This document shows, piece by piece, positions 58,601 through 64,000 of a stretch of DNA of 64,000 nt. The DNA is from Balanoglossus misakiensis (Eukaryota > Animalia > Hemichordata): contig CM082595.2 in assembly GCA_040954595.2 (NCBI GenBank), positions 9,088,067-9,152,066 on the forward strand. Reading direction: 5' to 3'. Made by a program: the position numbers and the translations under genes. Numbering within the stretch: the first letter of the stretch is position 1; every line of letters starts with the position of its first letter. A model generated the notes under the pieces. It searched no databases. It was not told the origin of the DNA and saw nothing but the letters and a program-made list of their open reading frames with translations.

Positions 58601-61600
58601 TGCAAAGTCGAAAATTTGTCATTTTTTGATGATTTTCACCCATGATTTTCTTCAAAAATCGACGAAATTTTGAGATTTTGCAAAGTCGAAAATGTGTCAT
58701 TTTTTGATGATTTTCACCCGTTTTTTTTCAAAATTTGTCATTTTTTGATGATTTTCACCCATGATTTTTTTTCAAAAATCGACGAAATTTTGAGATTTTG
58801 CAAAGTCGAAAATGTGTCATTTTTTGATGATTTTCACCCATGATTTTTTTCAAAAATCGACGAAATTTTGAGATTTTGCGAAGTCGAAAATTTGTCATTT
58901 TTTGATGATTTTCACCCATGATTTTTTTCAAAAATCGACGAAATGTTGAGATTTTGCAAAGTCGAAAATTTGTCATTTTTTGATGATTTTCACCCATGAT
59001 TTTTTTTCAAAAATCGACGAAATGTTGAGATTTTTGCAAAGTCGAAAATTTGTCATTTTTTGATGGTTTTCACCCATGATTTTTTTTCAAAAATCGACGA
59101 AAATTTTGAGATTTTGCAAAGTCGAAAATGTGTCATTTTTTGACGATTTTCACCCGTTTTTTTTTCAAAATTTGTCATTTTTTCATGATTTTCACCCATG
59201 ATTTTTTCAAAAATCGACGAAATTTTGAGATTTTGCAAAGTCGAAAATTTGTCATTTTTTCATGATTTTCACCATGATTTTTTCAAAAATCGACGAAATT
59301 TTGAGATTTTGCAGTCGAAAATTTGTAATTTTTTGATGATTTTCCCCCATGATTTTTTTCAAAAATCGACGAAATTTTGAGATTTTGCAAAGTCGAAAAT
59401 TTGTCATTTTTTGATGATTTTCACCCATGATTTTCTTCAAAAATCGACGAAATTTTGAGATTTTGCAAAGTCGAAAATTTGTCATTTTTTGATGATTTTC
59501 ACCCATGATTTTTTCAAAAATCGACGAAATTTTGAGATTTTGCAAAGTCGAAAATTTGTCATTTTTTTGATGATTTTCACCCATGATTTTTTTCAAAAAT
59601 CGACGAAATTTTGAGATTTTGCAGTCGAAAATTTGTCATTTTTTGATGATTTTCCCCCATGATTTTTTTCAAAAATCGACGAAATTTTGAGATTTTGCAA
59701 AGTTGAAAATTTTTCAAAAATCGACGAAATTTATAGATTTTGCAAAGAGGAAAATTTGTCATTTTTTGATGATTTTCACCCATGATTTTTTTCAAAATTG
59801 ATGAAATTTTGAGTTTTTGCAGTCGAAAATTTGTCATAAATTGATGATTTTCACCCATGATTTTTTCAAAATTGACGAAATTTTGAAATTTTGCAGTCGA
59901 AAATTTGTCATTTTTTGATCATTTTCCCCCATGATTTTTTTCAAAAATCGACGAAAATTTGAGATTTTGCAAAGTCGAAAATTTGTCATTTTTGATAATT
60001 TTCACCCATGATTTTTTTCAAAATTGACGAAATTTTGAGATTTTGCAAAGTCAAAAATTTGTCATTTTTTGATGATTTTCAACAATTTTTTTTAAAAAAA
60101 TCGACGAAAATTTGAGATTTTTCAGTCAAAAATTTGTCATTTTTTGATGATTTTCTCCCATGATTTTTTTCAAAAATCAACGAAATTTTGAGATTTTGCA
60201 AAGTTGAAAATTTTTAAAAAAATCGACGAAATTTATAGATTTTGCAAAGAGGAAAATTTGTCATTTTTTGATGATTTTCACCCATGATTTTTTTCAAAAT
60301 TGACGAAATTTTGAGTTTTTGCAGTCGAAAATTTGTCATTTTTTGATCATTTTCCCCCATGATTTTTTTCAAAAATCGACGAAATTTTCAGATTTTGCAA
60401 AGTCGAAAATTTGTCATTTTTTCATGATTTTCACCCATGATTTTTTCAAAAATCGACGAAATTTTGAGATTTTGCAGTCGAAAATTTGTAATTTTTTGAT
60501 GATTTTCCCCCATGATTTTTTTCAAAAATCGACGAAATTTTGAGATTTTGCAAAGTCGAAAATTTGTCATTTTTTGATGATTTTCACCCATGATTTTCTT
60601 CAAAAATCGACGAAATTTTGAGATTTTGCAAAGTCGAAAATGTGTCATTTTTTGATGATTTTCACCCGTTTTTTTTCAAAATTTGTCATTTTTTGATGAT
60701 TTTCACCCATGATTTTTTTTCAAAAATCGACGAAATTTTGAGATTTTGCAAAGTCGAAAATGTGTCATTTTTTGATGATTTTCACCCATGATTTTTTTCA
60801 AAATCGACGAAATGTTGAGATTTTGCAAAGTCGAAAATTTGTCATTTTTTGATGATTTTCACCCATGATTTTTTTTCAAAAATCGACGAAATGTTGAGAT
60901 TTTGCAAAGTCGAAAATTTGTCATTTTTTGATGGTTTTCACCCATGATTTTTTTCAAAAATCGACGAAATTTTGAGATTTTGCAAAGTCGAAAATGTGTC
61001 ATTTTTTGACGATTTTCACCCGTTTTTTTTTCAAAATTTGTCATTTTTTCATGATTTTCACCCATGATTTTTTTCAAAAATCGACGAAATTTTGAGATTT
61101 TTGCAAAGTCGAAAATTTGTCATTTTTTCATGATTTTCACCCATGATTTTTTCAAAAATCGACGAAATTTTGAGATTTTGCAGTCGAAAATTTGTAATTT
61201 TTTGATGATTTTCCCCCATGATTTTTTTCAAAAATCGACGAAATTTTGAGATTTTTGCAAAGTCGAAAATTTGTCATTTTTTGATGATTTTCACCCATGA
61301 TTTTCTTCAAAAATCGACGAAATTTTGAGATTTTGCAAAGTCGAAAATTTGTCATTTTTTGATGATTTTCACCCATGATTTTTTCAAAAATCGACGAAAT
61401 TTTGAGATTTTGCAGTCGAAAATTTGTCATTTTTTGATGATTTTCCCCATGATTTTTTTCAAAAATCGACGAAATTTTGAGATTTTGCAAAGTTGAAAAT
61501 TTTTCAAAAATCGACGAAATTTATAGATTTTGCAAAGAGGAAAATTTGTCATTTTTTGATGATTTTCACCCATGATTTTTTTCAAAAATCGACGAAATTT

Positions 61601-64000
61601 TGAGATTTTGCAGTCGAAAATTTGTCATTTTTTGATGATTTTTCCCCCATGATTTTTTTCAAAAATCGACGAAATTTTGAGATTTTGCAAAGTTGAAAAT
61701 TTTTCAAAAATCGACGAAATTTATAGATTTTGCAAAGAGGAAAATTTGTCATTTTTTGATGATTTTCACCCATGATTTTTTTCAAAATTGATGAAATTTT
61801 GAGTTTTTGCAGTCGAAAATTTGTCATAAATTGATGATTTTCACCCATGATTTTTTCAAAATTGACGAAATTTTGAAATTTTGCAGTCGAAAATTTGTCA
61901 TTTTTTGATCATTTTCCCCCATGATTTTTTTCAAAAATCGACGAAAATTTGAGATTTTGCAAAGTCGAAAATTTGTCATTTTTTGATAATTTTCACCCAT
62001 GATTTTTTTCAAAATTGACGAAATTTTGAGATTTTGCAAAGTCAAAAATTTGTCATTTTTTGATGATTTTCAACAATTTTTTTTAAAAAATCGACGAAAA
62101 TTTGAGATTTTTCAGTCAAAAATTTGTCATTTTTTGATGATTTTCTCCCATGATTTTTTTCAAAAATCAACGAAATTTTGAGATTTTGCAAAGTTGAAAA
62201 TTTTTAAAAAAATCGACGAAATTTATAGATTTTGCAAAGAGGAAAATTTGTCATTTTTTGATGATTTTCACCCATGATTTTTTTCAAAAATCGACGAAAT
62301 TTTGAGATTTTGCAAAGTCGAAAATTTGTCATTTTTTGATAATTTTCACCCATGATTTTTTCAAAAATTGATGAAATTTTGAGATTTTGCAAAGTCGAAA
62401 ATTTGTCATTTTTTGATGATTTTCATCCATGATTTTTTTTTAAAAATTGACGATATTTTGAGATTTTGCAAAGTCGAAAATTTGTCATTTTTTGATGATT
62501 TTCACCAATGTTGTTTTTAAAAAATCGACGAACCCATGATTTTTTTCAAAATCGACGAAATTTTGAGATTTTGCAAAGTCGAAAATTTGTCATTTTTGAT
62601 GATTTTCAACCATTATTTTTTTTCAAAAATCGACGAAATTTTGAGATTTTGCAAAGTCGAAAATTTGTCATTTTTTGATAATTTTCACCTATGATTTTTT
62701 TCAAAAAAAGACAAAATTTTGAGATTTTGAAAAGTCGAAAATTTGTCATTTTTTGATGATTTTCACCAATGTTGTTTTTAAAAAATCGACGAACCCATGA
62801 TTTTTTTCAAAATCGACGAAATTTTGAGATTTTGCAAAGTCAAAAATTTGTCATTTTTTGATGATATTCACCCATGTTTTTTTTTAAAAAATCGACGAAC
62901 CTATGATTTTTTTCAAAATCGACGAAATTTTGAGTTTTTGCCAAAGTCGAAAAATTTGACATTTTTTGATGATTTTCACCCATGATTTTTTTCAAAAATT
63001 GACGAAATTGTGAGATTTTGCAAAGTAAAAAATTTGTCATTTTTTGATGATTTTCACCCAGGTTTTTTTTTTTAAAAATCGACGAACCTATGATTTTTTT
63101 CAAAATCGACGAAATTATGAGATTTTGCAAAGTCGAAAATTTTGTCATTTTTTGATGATTTTCACCCATGATTTTTTCAAAAATTGACGAAATTTTGAGA
63201 TTTTGCAAAGTCGAAAATTTGTCATTTTTTGATGATTTTCATCCATTATTTTTTTCAAAAATCGACGAAATGTTGAGATTTTGCAAAGTCGAAAATTTGT
63301 CATTTTTTGATGATTTTCTCCCATGATTTTTTTCAAAAATCGACGAAATTGTGAGATTTTGCAAAGTCGAAAATTTGTCATTTTTTGATGATTTTCACCC
63401 ATGTTTTTTTTTAAAAATCGACGAACCTATGATTTTTTTCGAAATCGACGAAATTTTGTGATTTTACAAAGTCGAAAATTTTGTCATTTTTTGATGATTT
63501 TCACCCATGATTTTTTTTCAAAAATCGACGAAATTATGAGATTTTGCAAAGTTGAAAATTTTGTCATTTTTTGATGATTTTCACCCATGATTTTTTTTCA
63601 AAAATGGACGAAATTTTGAGCTTTTGCAAAGTCGAAAATTTGTCATTTTTTGATAATTTTCACCTATGATTTTTTTCAAAAAAAGACAAAATTTTGAGAT
63701 TTTGCGAAGTCGAAAATTTTTCATTTTTTGATGATTTTCATACATGATTTTTTTTTTAAAATCGACGAAATTTTGAGATTTTGCAAAGTCGAAAATTTGT
63801 CATTTTTTGATGATTTTCACCAATGTTGTTTTTAAAAAATCGACGAACCCATGATTTTTTTCAAAATCGACGAAATTTTGAGATTTTGCAAAGTCGAAAA
63901 TTTTTCATTTTTTGATGATTTTCGCCCATGATTTTTTTTCAAAAATCGACGAAAATTTGAGATTTTGCAAAGACGAAATTTGTCGTTTTTGATGATTTTC
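46655..64000. repeat. AT-rich satellite, ~78-bp monomer with kb-scale higher-order repeats; continues beyond the right edge
   Basis: Monomer CCCATGATTTTTTTCAAAAATCGACGAAATTTTGAGATTTTGCAAAGTCGAAAATTTGTCATTTTTTGATGATTTTCA; block duplications at offsets 1238 (47985/49223) and ~2938 (51705/54643). Confidence 0.98.

Noticed and set aside
46655-64000. Dozens of short MGENHQKMTNFRLCKISKF ORFs
   Set aside because: These are translations of the 78-bp satellite, constantly frameshifted by homopolymer length variation.

Overview
Animal genomic DNA, not prokaryotic: there are spliceosomal introns and many transposons, and the style suggests a marine invertebrate, possibly a hemichordate or echinoderm (low confidence). 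Left to right: (1) 1-9478, a satellite mixing 90-bp and 74-bp monomers with higher-order structure. (2) 10334-36331, minus strand, 16 recognisable exons of an Uninflatable (uif)-like receptor gene (C-type lectin, 3xCUB, 4xSushi, 2xEGF-Ca). It carries at least four independent lesions (premature TGA, lost acceptor, lost donor, frameshifted and MITE-truncated exon), so it is probably a pseudogene or null allele, and its introns are full of MITEs. (3) Inside one intron, an intact young Ty3/Gypsy element (27363-35428) with 644-bp LTRs identical by eye, TGTC TSD, tRNA-Ser PBS, a -1 frameshift signal and a Gag of RRM + PNMA-like capsid + CCHC. (4) ~38400-45770, a decayed LINE hosting a full-length CR1/L2-group LINE and a TTAA-flanked long-TIR DNA element. 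(5) 46655-64000, an AT-rich ~78-bp satellite with kb-scale higher-order repeats. I found no demonstrably new biological system. The best leads are the RRM-PNMA Gag element with its duplicated structured R region, and the decaying uif-like gene. All homology calls come from motif recognition and recall, not database searches.
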